A stretch of DNA of 7,071 bases from a virus (taxonomy: Duplodnaviria > Heunggongvirae > Uroviricota > Caudoviricetes). Both the position numbers and the translations under genes were made by a program. The DNA lies in the IMG/VR virus record IMGVR_UViG_2778261418_000022, positions 1 to 7,071 of that record; one strand, given 5' to 3'. Of this stretch, positions 1 to 7,071 are shown one piece after another; positions within the stretch are counted from its first letter, which is position 1, and the number at the start of each line of letters is the position of its first letter. The notes beneath the pieces were generated by a model. That model saw nothing but the letters and a program-made list of their open reading frames with translations, searched no databases and was not told where the DNA came from.

Positions 1-2856
1 CGGATGCGCAGGATGACGCCGGACAGCACCACAGACCAGCTGCAGAACAAAACGCTCTGGTCGTCATACACCGAAATCATCGATGTGAAACAGTGCTACC
101 CGAACACGGCACTGGTCGGCGTACAGGTGGATTCGGAGCAGTTCGGCAGCCAGCAGGTGAGCCGTAATTATCATCTTCGCGGGCGCATTCTGCAGGTGCC
201 GTCGAACTATAACCCGCAGACGCGGCAATACAGCGGTATCTGGGACGGAACGTTTAAGCCAGCATACAGCAACAACATGGCCTGGTGTCTGTGGGATATG
301 CTGACCCACCCGCGCTACGGCATGGGGAAACGTCTTGGTGCGGCGGATGTGGATAAATGGGCGCTGTATGTCATCGGCCAGTACTGCGACCAGTCGGTGC
401 CGGACGGCTTTGGCGGCACGGAGCCGCGCATTACCTGTAATGCGTACCTGACCACACAGCGCAAGGCGTGGGATGTGCTCAGTGATTTCTGCTCGGCGAT
501 GCGCTGTATGCCGGTATGGAACGGGCAGACGCTGACGTTCGTGCAGGACCGACCCTCGGATAAGGTGTGGACCTATAACCGCAGTAATGTGGTGATGCCG
601 GATGATGGCGCGCCGTTCCGCTACAGCTTCAGCGCCCTGAAGGACCGCCATAATGCCGTTGAGGTGAACTGGATTGACCCGAATAACGGCTGGGAGACGG
701 CGACAGAGCTTGTGGAGGACACGCAGGCCATTGCCCGTTACGGTCGTAACGTCACGAAGATGGATGCCTTTGGCTGTACCAGCCGGGGGCAGGCACACCG
801 CGCCGGGCTGTGGCTGATTAAAACGGAGCTGCTGGAAACGCAGACCGTGGACTTCAGCGTGGGCGCAGAAGGGCTTCGCCATGTACCGGGCGATGTCATT
901 GAAATCTGTGATGATGACTATGCGGGTATCAGCACCGGCGGGCGCGTGCTGGCGGTGAACAGCCAGACGCGGACACTGACGCTCGACCGTGAAATCACGC
1001 TGCCATCCTCCGGCACCACGCTGATAAGCCTGGTTGACGGAAGTGGCAATCCGGTGAGCGTGGAGGTCCAGTCCGTCACCGACGGCGTGAAGGTGAAAGT
1101 GAGCCGTGTTCCTGACGGCGTTGCCGGATACAGCGTGTGGGGACTGAAGCTGCCGACGCTGCGCCAGCGCCTGTTCCGCTGCGTGAGTATCCGTGAGAAC
1201 GACGACGGCACGTATGCCATCACCGCCGTGCAGCATATACCGGAAAAAGAAGCCATCGTGGATAACGGGGCGCACTTTGACGGCGACCAGAGCGGCACGG
1301 TGAATGGTGTCACGCCGCCAGCGGTGCAGCACCTGACTGCCGAAGTCACCGCAGACAGCGGGGAGTATCAGGTACTGGCCCGCTGGGACACGCCGAAGGT
1401 GGTGAAGGGCGTGAGCTTCCTGCTCCGTCTGACCGTAACAGCGGATGACGGCAGTGAGCGGCTGGTCAGCACGGCCCGGACGACGGAAACCACATACCGC
1501 TTCAGGCAGCTGGCGCTGGGGAACTACAGACTGACAGTCAGGGCGGTAAATGCCTGGGGGCAGCAGGGTGATCCGGCGTCGGTATCATTCCGGATTGCCG
1601 CACCGGCAGCACCGTCGCGGATTGAGCTGACGCCGGGCTATTTTCAGATCACCGCCACGCCGCATCTTGCGGTTTACGATCCGACGGTACAGTTTGAGTT
1701 CTGGTTCTCGGAAAAGCGGATTGCGGATATCAGGCAGGTTGAAACCACAGCCCGCTATCTTGGTACGGGGCTGTACTGGATAGCTGCCAGTATCAATATC
1801 AAACCGGGCCATGATTATTACTTTTATATCCGCAGTGTGAACACCGTTGGCAAATCGGCATTCGTAGAGGCTGTTGGTCGGGCGAGCGATGATGCGGAAG
1901 GCTATCTGGATTTTTTCAAAGGTCAGATAACCGAATCCCATCTCGGCAAGGAGCTGCTGGAAAAAGTCGAGCTGACGGAAGATAACGCCAGCAAACTGGA
2001 GGAGTTTTCGAAAGAGTGGAAGGACGCCAACGATAAATGGAATGCCATGTGGGGCGTCAAAATTGAGCAGACCGAAGACGGTAAGCATTATGTCGCGGGG
2101 CTTGGCCTCAGCATGGAGGATACAGAGGAAGGCAAACTGAGCCAGTTTCTGGTTGCCGCCAATCGTATCGCGTTTATTGACCCGGCAAACGGGAATGAAA
2201 CGCCGATGTTTGTGGCGCAGGGCAATCAGATATTCATGAACGAAGTATTCCTGAAGTATCTGACGGCTCCTACCATTACCAGCGGCGGTAATCCTCCGGC
2301 ATTTTCCCTGACACCGGACGGAAAGCTGACCGCTAAAAATGCAGATATCAGTGGCAGTGTGAATGCGAACGCCGGGACGCTCAACAACGTCACGATTAAT
2401 GAGAGCTGTACTATTAAGGGGATGCTTGATGCTAACCAGGTGCGTGGTGATTTTGTAAAAACGACAGGGCATCGATTTCCGCACCCCGGAGAATACCCAC
2501 AGGGTTCACTTACCGTTCATATTAAGGACGATCATGCCTTTGACAGGCAGATTATAATTCAACCAATCATGTACGGTGCACCACCATATTTTAGTAAAAA
2601 TGATGGCGCTAATATCTACGATACCTGCAGATTAATTGTGCGCAAAAATGGCAATGTAATCTATGACAAATCCACTAGTGGTTCGAAAAGGACAACAGTC
2701 GTGTACAGCAATATCATTGATATGCCAGTGGGGGACGGAGATGTAATATTAACATTTGAAGTTCAGTCGAGCGGCAGTGGAAATCCCAGAACATGGATCA
2801 GTGATTTAATGGTCTCGGTAACGAAAAAAGCCGCATCCGGTATCAGTATCAGTTGA
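1..2856 (+). CDS. J: Tail tip host-specificity protein, lambda J family (central fibre); 5'-truncated by the window edge, about 950 codons present, stop at 2854-2856
   Basis: Continuous open frame from base 1 to the TGA at 2854-2856. Size and position directly upstream of a lom-like gene match lambda J. The region around nt 1310-1860 translates to two tandem beta-rich repeats with a fibronectin-III-like pattern (e.g. [27 protein letters not shown]). The conserved part is about 60% GC. The overlapping minus-strand ORFs are read as spurious. Confidence 0.88.
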   Translation, partial: RMRRMTPDSTTDQLQNKTLWSSYTEIIDVKQCYPNTALVGVQVDSEQFGSQQVSRNYHLRGRILQVPSNYNPQTRQYSGIWDGTFKPAYSNNMAWCLWDMLTHPRYGMGKRLGAADVDKWALYVIGQYCDQSVPDGFGGTEPRITCNAYLTTQRKAWDVLSDFCSAMRCMPVWNGQTLTFVQDRPSDKVWTYNRSNVVMPDDGAPFRYSFSALKDRHNAVEVNWIDPNNGWETATELVEDTQAIARYGRNVTKMDAFGCTSRGQAHRAGLWLIKTELLETQTVDFSVGAEGLRHVPGDVIEICDDDYAGISTGGRVLAVNSQTRTLTLDREITLPSSGTTLISLVDGSGNPVSVEVQSVTDGVKVKVSRVPDGVAGYSVWGLKLPTLRQRLFRCVSIRENDDGTYAITAVQHIPEKEAIVDNGAHFDGDQSGTVNGVTPPAVQHLTAEVTADSGEYQVLARWDTPKVVKGVSFLLRLTVTADDGSERLVSTARTTETTYRFRQLALGNYRLTVRAVNAWGQQGDPASVSFRIAAPAAPSRIELTPGYFQITATPHLAVYDPTVQFEFWFSEKRIADIRQVETTARYLGTGLYWIAASINIKPGHDYYFYIRSVNTVGKSAFVEAVGRASDDAEGYLDFFKGQITESHLGKELLEKVELTEDNASKLEEFSKEWKDANDKWNAMWGVKIEQTEDGKHYVAGLGLSMEDTEEGKLSQFLVAANRIAFIDPANGNETPMFVAQGNQIFMNEVFLKYLTAPTITSGGNPPAFSLTPDGKLTAKNADISGSVNANAGTLNNVTINESCTIKGMLDANQVRGDFVKTTGHRFPHPGEYPQGSLTVHIKDDHAFDRQIIIQPIMYGAPPYFSKNDGANIYDTCRLIVRKNGNVIYDKSTSGSKRTTVVYSNIIDMPVGDGDVILTFEVQSSGSGNPRTWISDLMVSVTKKAASGISIS

Positions 2857-2876
2857 AATTTTTATAACCCCAATAC

Positions 2877-2904
2877 GGGCGCCAGAAATGGCGCCTTTTT
2901 TATT
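2877..2904 (+). terminator. Rho-independent terminator candidate downstream of J
   Basis: GC stem GGCGCC (2878-2883), loop AGAAAT, stem GGCGCC (2890-2895), followed directly by TTTTTTATT (2896-2904). Confidence 0.6.
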
Positions 2905-2925
2905 GCAGAAAAGCGAGAGGTAATT

Positions 2926-3525
2926 ATGCGTAAAGTTTGTGCAGCCATTTTGTCCGCAGCCATCTGTCTGGCCGTATCCGGTGCGTCTGCATGGGCGTCT
3001 GAACATCAGTCCACACTGAGCGCAGGGTATCTTCATGCCCGTACGAACGCACCCGGCAGCGATAATCTGAACGGGATTAACGTGAAATACCGTTATGAGT
3101 TTACGGACACACTGGGGCTGGTGACGTCATTCAGCTATGCAGGAGACAAGAATCGCCAGCTTACCCGTTACAGCGATACCCGCTGGCATGAAGATTCAGT
3201 GCGTAACCGCTGGTTCAGCGTGATGGCGGGGCCCTCTGTGTGCGTGAATGAATGGTTCAGCGCGTATGCGATGGCGGGTATGGCTTACAGCCGTGTTTCG
3301 ACTTTCTCCGGAGATTATCTCCGCGTAACTGACAACAAGGGGAAAAAGCACGATGTGCTGACCGGAAGTGATGACAGTCGCCACAGCAACACGTCTCTGG
3401 CGTGGGGGGCAGGCGTGCAGTTTAACCCGACCGAATCCGTGGCCATTGATATTGCTTATGAAGGCTCCGGCAGTGGTGACTGGCGCACTGACGGTTTCAT
3501 CGTGGGTGTCGGTTATAAATTCTGA
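2926..3525 (+). CDS. lom: Outer-membrane beta-barrel protein of the Ail/Lom/OmpX family (lambda Lom-like moron), 199 aa
   Basis: ATG at 2926 preceded by GAGAGG (2915-2920). N-terminus [24 protein letters not shown] is a typical Sec signal peptide with AxA cleavage motif. Mature protein has alternating aromatic/hydrophobic beta-strand patterns and a C-terminal ...GVGYKF ending in Phe, as in outer-membrane barrels. Near-identical by recall to lambda Lom (about 206 aa) and in the same place between J and stf. Confidence 0.92.
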   Translation: MRKVCAAILSAAICLAVSGASAWASEHQSTLSAGYLHARTNAPGSDNLNGINVKYRYEFTDTLGLVTSFSYAGDKNRQLTRYSDTRWHEDSVRNRWFSVMAGPSVCVNEWFSAYAMAGMAYSRVSTFSGDYLRVTDNKGKKHDVLTGSDDSRHSNTSLAWGAGVQFNPTESVAIDIAYEGSGSGDWRTDGFIVGVGYKF

Positions 3526-3551
3526 TTAGCCAGGTAACACAGTGTTATGAC

Positions 3552-3579
3552 AGCCCGCCGGTTCAGGCGGGCTTTTTTG
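3552..3579 (+). terminator. Rho-independent terminator candidate downstream of lom
   Basis: Perfect 8-bp stem AGCCCGCC (3552-3559) / GGCGGGCT (3566-3573) with loop GGTTCA, followed by TTTTTT (3574-3579). Confidence 0.7.
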
Positions 3580-3589
3580 TGGGGTGAAT

Positions 3590-5893
3590 ATGGCAGTAAA
3601 GATTTCAGGTGTACTGAAAGACGGCACAGGAAAACCGGTACAGAACTGCACAATCCAGCTGAAAGCAAAACGTAACAGCACCACGGTGGTGGTGAACACG
3701 CTGGCCTCAGAAAATCCGGATGAAGCCGGGCGTTACAGTATGGACGTTGAGTACGGTCAGTACAGCGTTATTTTGTTGGTGGAAGGGTTCCCGCCGTCAC
3801 ATGCCGGGACCATCACCGTGTATGAAGATTCTCAACCCGGTACGCTGAATGATTTTCTCGGTGCCATGACGGAGGATGATGCCCGTCCGGAGGCACTGCG
3901 CCGTTTTGAACTGATGGTGGAAGAGGTGGCGCGTAACGCGTCCGTAGTGGCACAGAACACGGCAGCCGCGAAGAAGTCAGCCAGCGATGCCAGCACATCA
4001 GCCCGTGAGGCGGCAACCCATGCAACTGATGCTGCAGACTCAGCACGCGCAGCCAGAACGTCAGCCGGACAGGCCGCGACGTCGGCTCAGGAGGCTTTTT
4101 CCAGCGCAGGAACGGCATCAGCAAAGGCCACTGAAGCATCAAAAAGTGCTGCCGCAGCAGAGTCCTCAAAAAGCGCGGCGGCCACCAGTGCCGGTGCCGC
4201 GAAAACGTCTGAAACGAATGCGGCAGCGTCACAACAATCAGCAGCCACTTCTGCATCCACCGCGACCACGAAAGCGTCAGAAGCAGCCACTTCAGCACGG
4301 AATGCGGCGGCTTCAAAAGAGGCGGCAAAATCATCAGAAACGAGTGCAGCCTTGAGCGCCAGTAGTGCAGCCTCCTCGGCAACGGCGGCAGGAAATTCCG
4401 CGAAGGCGGCAAAAACGTCCGAGACGAACGCAAGGTCTTCTGAAACAGCGGCAGCACAGAACGCCTCAGCTGCAGCAGATTCAGAAACTGCTGCAGAGAC
4501 GTCCGCCAACGCTGCGGCTACGAAGGCGACAGAGGCGGCAGACAGTGCGGCGGAGGCTGAGCGGAGCAAAAGTACAGCAGAGTCCGCGGCAACCCGAGCC
4601 GAGACAGCGGCAAAGCGGGCAGAGGATATCGCATCCGCCGTGGGGCTTGAGGATGCGAGTACAACGAAAAAGGGAATAGTACAGCTCAGCAGTGCTGCCA
4701 ACAGCACATCTGAAGCATTTGCTGCAACCCCAAAAGCCGTCAAAATCGTCATGGACGAGACGAAAACCAAAGCGCCGCTGGACAGCCCGGCATTCACCGG
4801 TACGCCAACCACACCAACCCCACCGGATGATGCGGTCGGACTGGAGATGGCGAACGCGGCGTTTGTCCGCAAACTGCTCGCTGCGCTGGTTGGCTCGTCC
4901 CCGGAAGCCCTGGACACGCTGAACGAACTGGCAGCGGCGCTGGGTAATGACCCAAACTTTGCGACGACGGTCACTAACGCACTGGCAGGTAAACAGCCGC
5001 TTAGCGATATTTTAACAGCGATTAGCAAATTAACAGTACGGGCAGATAACCTTCTGTATTTTAATACCGGAGGGAATATCGCGCTGTCTCCGTTGTCAGC
5101 AAAAGCCCGCTCACTGCTGGCGCAGTTCACATCCGAAGATATGCGGCAGGTGCTTGAAATCTCAGATAGCGTGGCATTACAAAGTAATATTTATGATCGC
5201 ACTGAAGGGAGAGGAGCATTACCGGGGACATTGGGTTTTGGAGCACTGACTTCGACGATTAAATATTTTAGCGCAAGTGATGGTCAGTCTGAGCTTGTAA
5301 CCTGGTGTATGCAGACGCCGCCAGGGCGCTACCTTGTGGAGCAGAGAACACATCCGGATTTTAATCCCATCATTCCGGATATTGGTTTTACCGGAGTGCT
5401 CGAAATTAAAATTTCTGACAGGGTATACAGTCAGGCAGAACATCAGGGCAAAAGAAAATTACTGACATTTTATGAACAGTATGGGGATGTCTATCGAACA
5501 GTTCTTGATGCAGATCCCGTAAGCCCGTCCCTGCGCCCCTGGGACTCAGGCTACATAAACAGAAGCGGGATTGCCAGTCTGCTTGGGAGCGATAGCCAGG
5601 CCCCGGAAGTCGGTAATATTATTCTTGCAGCCTATTACGGTACATCAGACAGCGATATGACCAGAACTCTGCAGAGAGGAAAGATTTATCCAGGTTCAAG
5701 GCTGGGGCATGTGGAATTCTCGGGAGGGGTGGCGACAGGCGCTGGCGTAAAAGGAATCACACCAACTTGTTATGTCAGTGGACTGTCATATTCGCTTTCC
5801 CTGCCCGGGGCATACAGAGCGTTATCTGGTTCGGGTGGTGTACTGATGGCTGACAACAACACTATTGTGGGGTTATTTGTGCGGGTACGGTAG
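3590..5893 (+). CDS. stf: Side tail fibre protein, lambda Stf-like, with conserved N-terminal and Ala-rich shaft region and a divergent AT-richer C-terminal distal domain
   Basis: ATG at 3590 gives MAVKISGVLKDGTGKPVQNCTIQLKA..., matching by recall the lambda Stf N-terminus. The track's GTG at 3584 is an in-frame upstream alternative. GGGGTG lies just upstream as a Shine-Dalgarno-like element. Single uninterrupted frame to TAG at 5891-5893, so it is not split as in laboratory lambda (orf401/orf314). Long Ala/Ser/Thr-rich shaft, then a compositionally distinct C-terminal third. Confidence 0.88.
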   Translation: MAVKISGVLKDGTGKPVQNCTIQLKAKRNSTTVVVNTLASENPDEAGRYSMDVEYGQYSVILLVEGFPPSHAGTITVYEDSQPGTLNDFLGAMTEDDARPEALRRFELMVEEVARNASVVAQNTAAAKKSASDASTSAREAATHATDAADSARAARTSAGQAATSAQEAFSSAGTASAKATEASKSAAAAESSKSAAATSAGAAKTSETNAAASQQSAATSASTATTKASEAATSARNAAASKEAAKSSETSAALSASSAASSATAAGNSAKAAKTSETNARSSETAAAQNASAAADSETAAETSANAAATKATEAADSAAEAERSKSTAESAATRAETAAKRAEDIASAVGLEDASTTKKGIVQLSSAANSTSEAFAATPKAVKIVMDETKTKAPLDSPAFTGTPTTPTPPDDAVGLEMANAAFVRKLLAALVGSSPEALDTLNELAAALGNDPNFATTVTNALAGKQPLSDILTAISKLTVRADNLLYFNTGGNIALSPLSAKARSLLAQFTSEDMRQVLEISDSVALQSNIYDRTEGRGALPGTLGFGALTSTIKYFSASDGQSELVTWCMQTPPGRYLVEQRTHPDFNPIIPDIGFTGVLEIKISDRVYSQAEHQGKRKLLTFYEQYGDVYRTVLDADPVSPSLRPWDSGYINRSGIASLLGSDSQAPEVGNIILAAYYGTSDSDMTRTLQRGKIYPGSRLGHVEFSGGVATGAGVKGITPTCYVSGLSYSLSLPGAYRALSGSGGVLMADNNTIVGLFVRVR
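3950..4640 (+). repeat. Low-complexity Ala/Ser/Thr-rich repetitive shaft-coding region inside stf, with imperfect internal direct repeats
   Basis: Translation is dominated by short degenerate units of the form SAxxAxTSA / AAKTSETNA. Near-identical DNA copies occur, e.g. gccgcgaaaacgtctgaaacgaatgc (4197-4222) versus gcggcaaaaacgtccgagacgaacgc (about 4404-4429). GCN/GCR-rich sequence gives long spurious ORFs in other frames. Confidence 0.6.
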
Positions 5894-5896
5894 CTG

Positions 5897-6478
5897 ATGA
5901 TGAAAATAAAAGATATTAAAAAGATATTCAGACTGGAAAATGGTGCTGTGGATTGTGAGGTGTTGTTTTTCGGTATGGAAGAGTATTTGCCTTACACTGC
6001 ATCGCCGGAAGACATGGATGAGACAGGGCAGCGCATCTGGAAAGAGTTACAGAGCGGCAAATGGGGCGAAATTTCCCCGTTTACCGTCACCCCTGAACTT
6101 ATCGCTGCGGCAAAGGATGCCAAAAAGTGGGAAATTGAGGCGTGGCGAACAAAACAGGAGGCGCAGCCGTTCACGTTCGAATGGAGCGGTCGTATCTGGA
6201 ACGCCGGCCCCGACTCACTGGCCCGTCTTTATCCGGTGGTAATGGCCGCAAAATCTGATACGGCACGAACCGCCCTTGCGTGGGGTGACGCTGATAATCA
6301 ACAGGTGAAACTTTCAATGCCAGAACTGGAAGAGCTGGCAGCAGCAATGGCACAGGCGCAGGTCGATCGCAACGACGAGATTTATCGTCGTCAGCGGGAG
6401 ATGAAGCAAGAGCTGAATAACCTGAATGATTTACGCTCAATCAGAGCGATGGCGATTAGCGGCAATCACGCTCGATAA
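5897..6478 (+). CDS. Putative tail fibre assembly chaperone in the tfa position, 193 aa; family not confirmed
   Basis: ATG at 5897 lies 3 nt after the stf stop (TAG CTG ATG ATG), indicating translational coupling. Its length is close to lambda Tfa (194 aa) and it occupies the position directly after stf. The sequence does not match lambda Tfa from memory, so the call rests on synteny and size; the coding call itself is stronger than the product call. Confidence 0.6.
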   Translation: MMKIKDIKKIFRLENGAVDCEVLFFGMEEYLPYTASPEDMDETGQRIWKELQSGKWGEISPFTVTPELIAAAKDAKKWEIEAWRTKQEAQPFTFEWSGRIWNAGPDSLARLYPVVMAAKSDTARTALAWGDADNQQVKLSMPELEELAAAMAQAQVDRNDEIYRRQREMKQELNNLNDLRSIRAMAISGNHAR

Positions 6479-6481
6479 ATT

Positions 6482-6507
6482 AACCCCGGTGATCATCCGG
6501 GGTTTTG
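6482..6507. terminator. Candidate bidirectional terminator between convergent genes
   Basis: Stem AACCCCGG (6482-6489) / CCGGGGTT (6497-6504) with loop TGATCAT, followed by a T-run on the + strand (6503-6506). It sits in the 35-bp gap between the tfa-position gene stop (6478) and the minus-strand gene stop (6514). Confidence 0.5.
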
Positions 6508-6513
6508 CATTCA

Positions 6514-7071
6514 TTAAAACCGCATCAACCTTTCCACCAATTGTTCTTTACGGGCAACGATCCACCCATGTTGCTCCAGATAAAATTTAAACCGTTCCAG
6601 AGTGCATACCATCGCATCGGCGGGGACTTTTTCTGTGAACTCGACCTGACCGTGTTTATCGAAGTGGATCAGTAATGCGCATCCATTATTTGGGGCGGGG
6701 GAGTTTTGTGCTGCAGGAGGACGTTTGTGGAGTTCTTCTTCCATTGCGTTAATTTTTTCAATGTAAGCTTCTTTTAGTCTGGCTGCTTTTTTGCCAGTAA
6801 ATCCCATTACGAGGAACATGAAGCCGTCTTTTGTGATCAGGTAACATCGTGATTCACGTTCTGCGCCGTTGCCAATTTCGACAGTCTGAACATCGGCCGA
6901 AAAGTTGGCTGATGTAAATTCGGGAGAGCAGTCGAGTGTGTCAATCTTAGCTAAAACGTGTTTATGTTGTTTATCGAAGTAGTCGGCAACAGCTTGAGAG
7001 GTGGTAACCAGGCGACCATCTTTGAAAAAGGCTTTTGGTGACTCGTTAGAAAAAGTTATAGCTGTATTCAT
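6514..7071 (-). CDS. Rha-family phage regulatory protein (antirepressor-like N-terminal domain) with an uncharacterised C-terminal region, 185 aa
   Basis: Complete ORF on the minus strand; the ATG is the reverse complement of 7069-7071 at the window edge, stop at 6514-6516. The N-terminal half (...GRLVTTSQAVADYFDKQHKHVLAKI...ITKDGFMFLVMGFTGKKAARLKEAYIEKINAMEEEL) fits the recalled Phage_pRha domain pattern. The C-terminal ~70 aa have no family I recognise. The promoter and any RBS lie beyond the window. Confidence 0.6.
   Translation of the reverse strand: MNTAITFSNESPKAFFKDGRLVTTSQAVADYFDKQHKHVLAKIDTLDCSPEFTSANFSADVQTVEIGNGAERESRCYLITKDGFMFLVMGFTGKKAARLKEAYIEKINAMEEELHKRPPAAQNSPAPNNGCALLIHFDKHGQVEFTEKVPADAMVCTLERFKFYLEQHGWIVARKEQLVERLMRF

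Noticed and set aside
64-1349. Long minus-strand ORFs (422 aa and 143 aa) antisense to J
   Set aside because: They lie entirely inside a strongly supported, GC-rich + strand gene. The translations are Arg/Ala/His-rich low-complexity sequence typical of antisense frames in high-GC coding DNA, with no recognisable domain or convincing start context.
1585-2484. 299-aa minus-strand ORF antisense to J
   Set aside because: Same reasoning: embedded in J, Cys/Arg-rich implausible protein, no independent signals.
2806-3036. 76-aa minus-strand ORF spanning the J/lom junction
   Set aside because: It crosses an intergenic terminator hairpin and overlaps the lom signal-peptide region; no RBS and no domain features.
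3584-3589. GTG at 3584 as the stf start (track ORF begins MNM...)
   Set aside because: The ATG at 3590 gives the N-terminus MAVKISG, matching lambda Stf as recalled, and has better spacing to the GGGG purine stretch. The GTG start is not excluded but is less likely.
3813-5130. Multiple overlapping ORFs in other frames and on the minus strand within stf (214, 122, 347, 104 and 76 aa)
   Set aside because: All fall within the Ala-rich repeat tract, where GCN-rich codons remove stop codons in every frame. Translations are Pro/Arg/Gln- or Ala-rich low complexity. The stf frame is the only one with a conserved N-terminus and sensible context.
5940-6440. Alternate-frame and antisense ORFs (100, 60 and 89 aa) inside the tfa-position gene
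   Set aside because: They overlap a coupled gene in good context; the translations are Arg/Pro-rich and look non-proteinaceous.
4980-6513. Possible invertible tail-fibre segment (Mu G-segment / P1 C-segment / e14 Pin type) or diversity-generating retroelement target in the variable stf C-terminus
   Set aside because: No invertase or reverse transcriptase gene is in the window. The minus-strand gene after the tfa-position gene looks like a regulator rather than an inverted alternative fibre or chaperone gene. I found no gix/hix-like crossover site at the compositional junction and no template-repeat copy. Sequence beyond 7071 could still change this.
1-7071. CRISPR arrays, tRNA/rRNA genes, insertion sequences
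   Set aside because: No regularly spaced direct repeats, no tRNA-like cloverleaf candidates in the intergenic gaps (which are all under 75 bp), and no transposase-like ORF or terminal inverted repeats were seen.

Overview
This window reads as the distal tail-tip and side-tail-fibre module of a lambda-like (lambdoid) enterobacterial phage or prophage. All four tail-module genes are on the + strand: the 3' portion of the J-type host-specificity gene (5' end outside the window), a lom-type outer-membrane protein moron, an intact stf-type side tail fibre gene, and a small tightly coupled gene in the tfa position. A convergent minus-strand gene for a Rha-family phage regulatory protein follows, with its start codon on the last bases of the window. 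Stem-loop terminators separate the units. The most notable structure is mosaicism: the last ~115 codons of J and the last ~300 codons of stf sit in clearly AT-richer DNA than the GC-rich conserved parts of the same genes, suggesting swapped receptor-binding modules. I do not see a self-contained undescribed system in this window. The best lead is the Rha-like gene at the tail/accessory boundary, whose neighbourhood lies beyond the window. The long antisense and alternate-frame ORFs in the track are artefacts of GC-rich, alanine-rich coding sequence. All homology calls are from recalled family features, not from a search.
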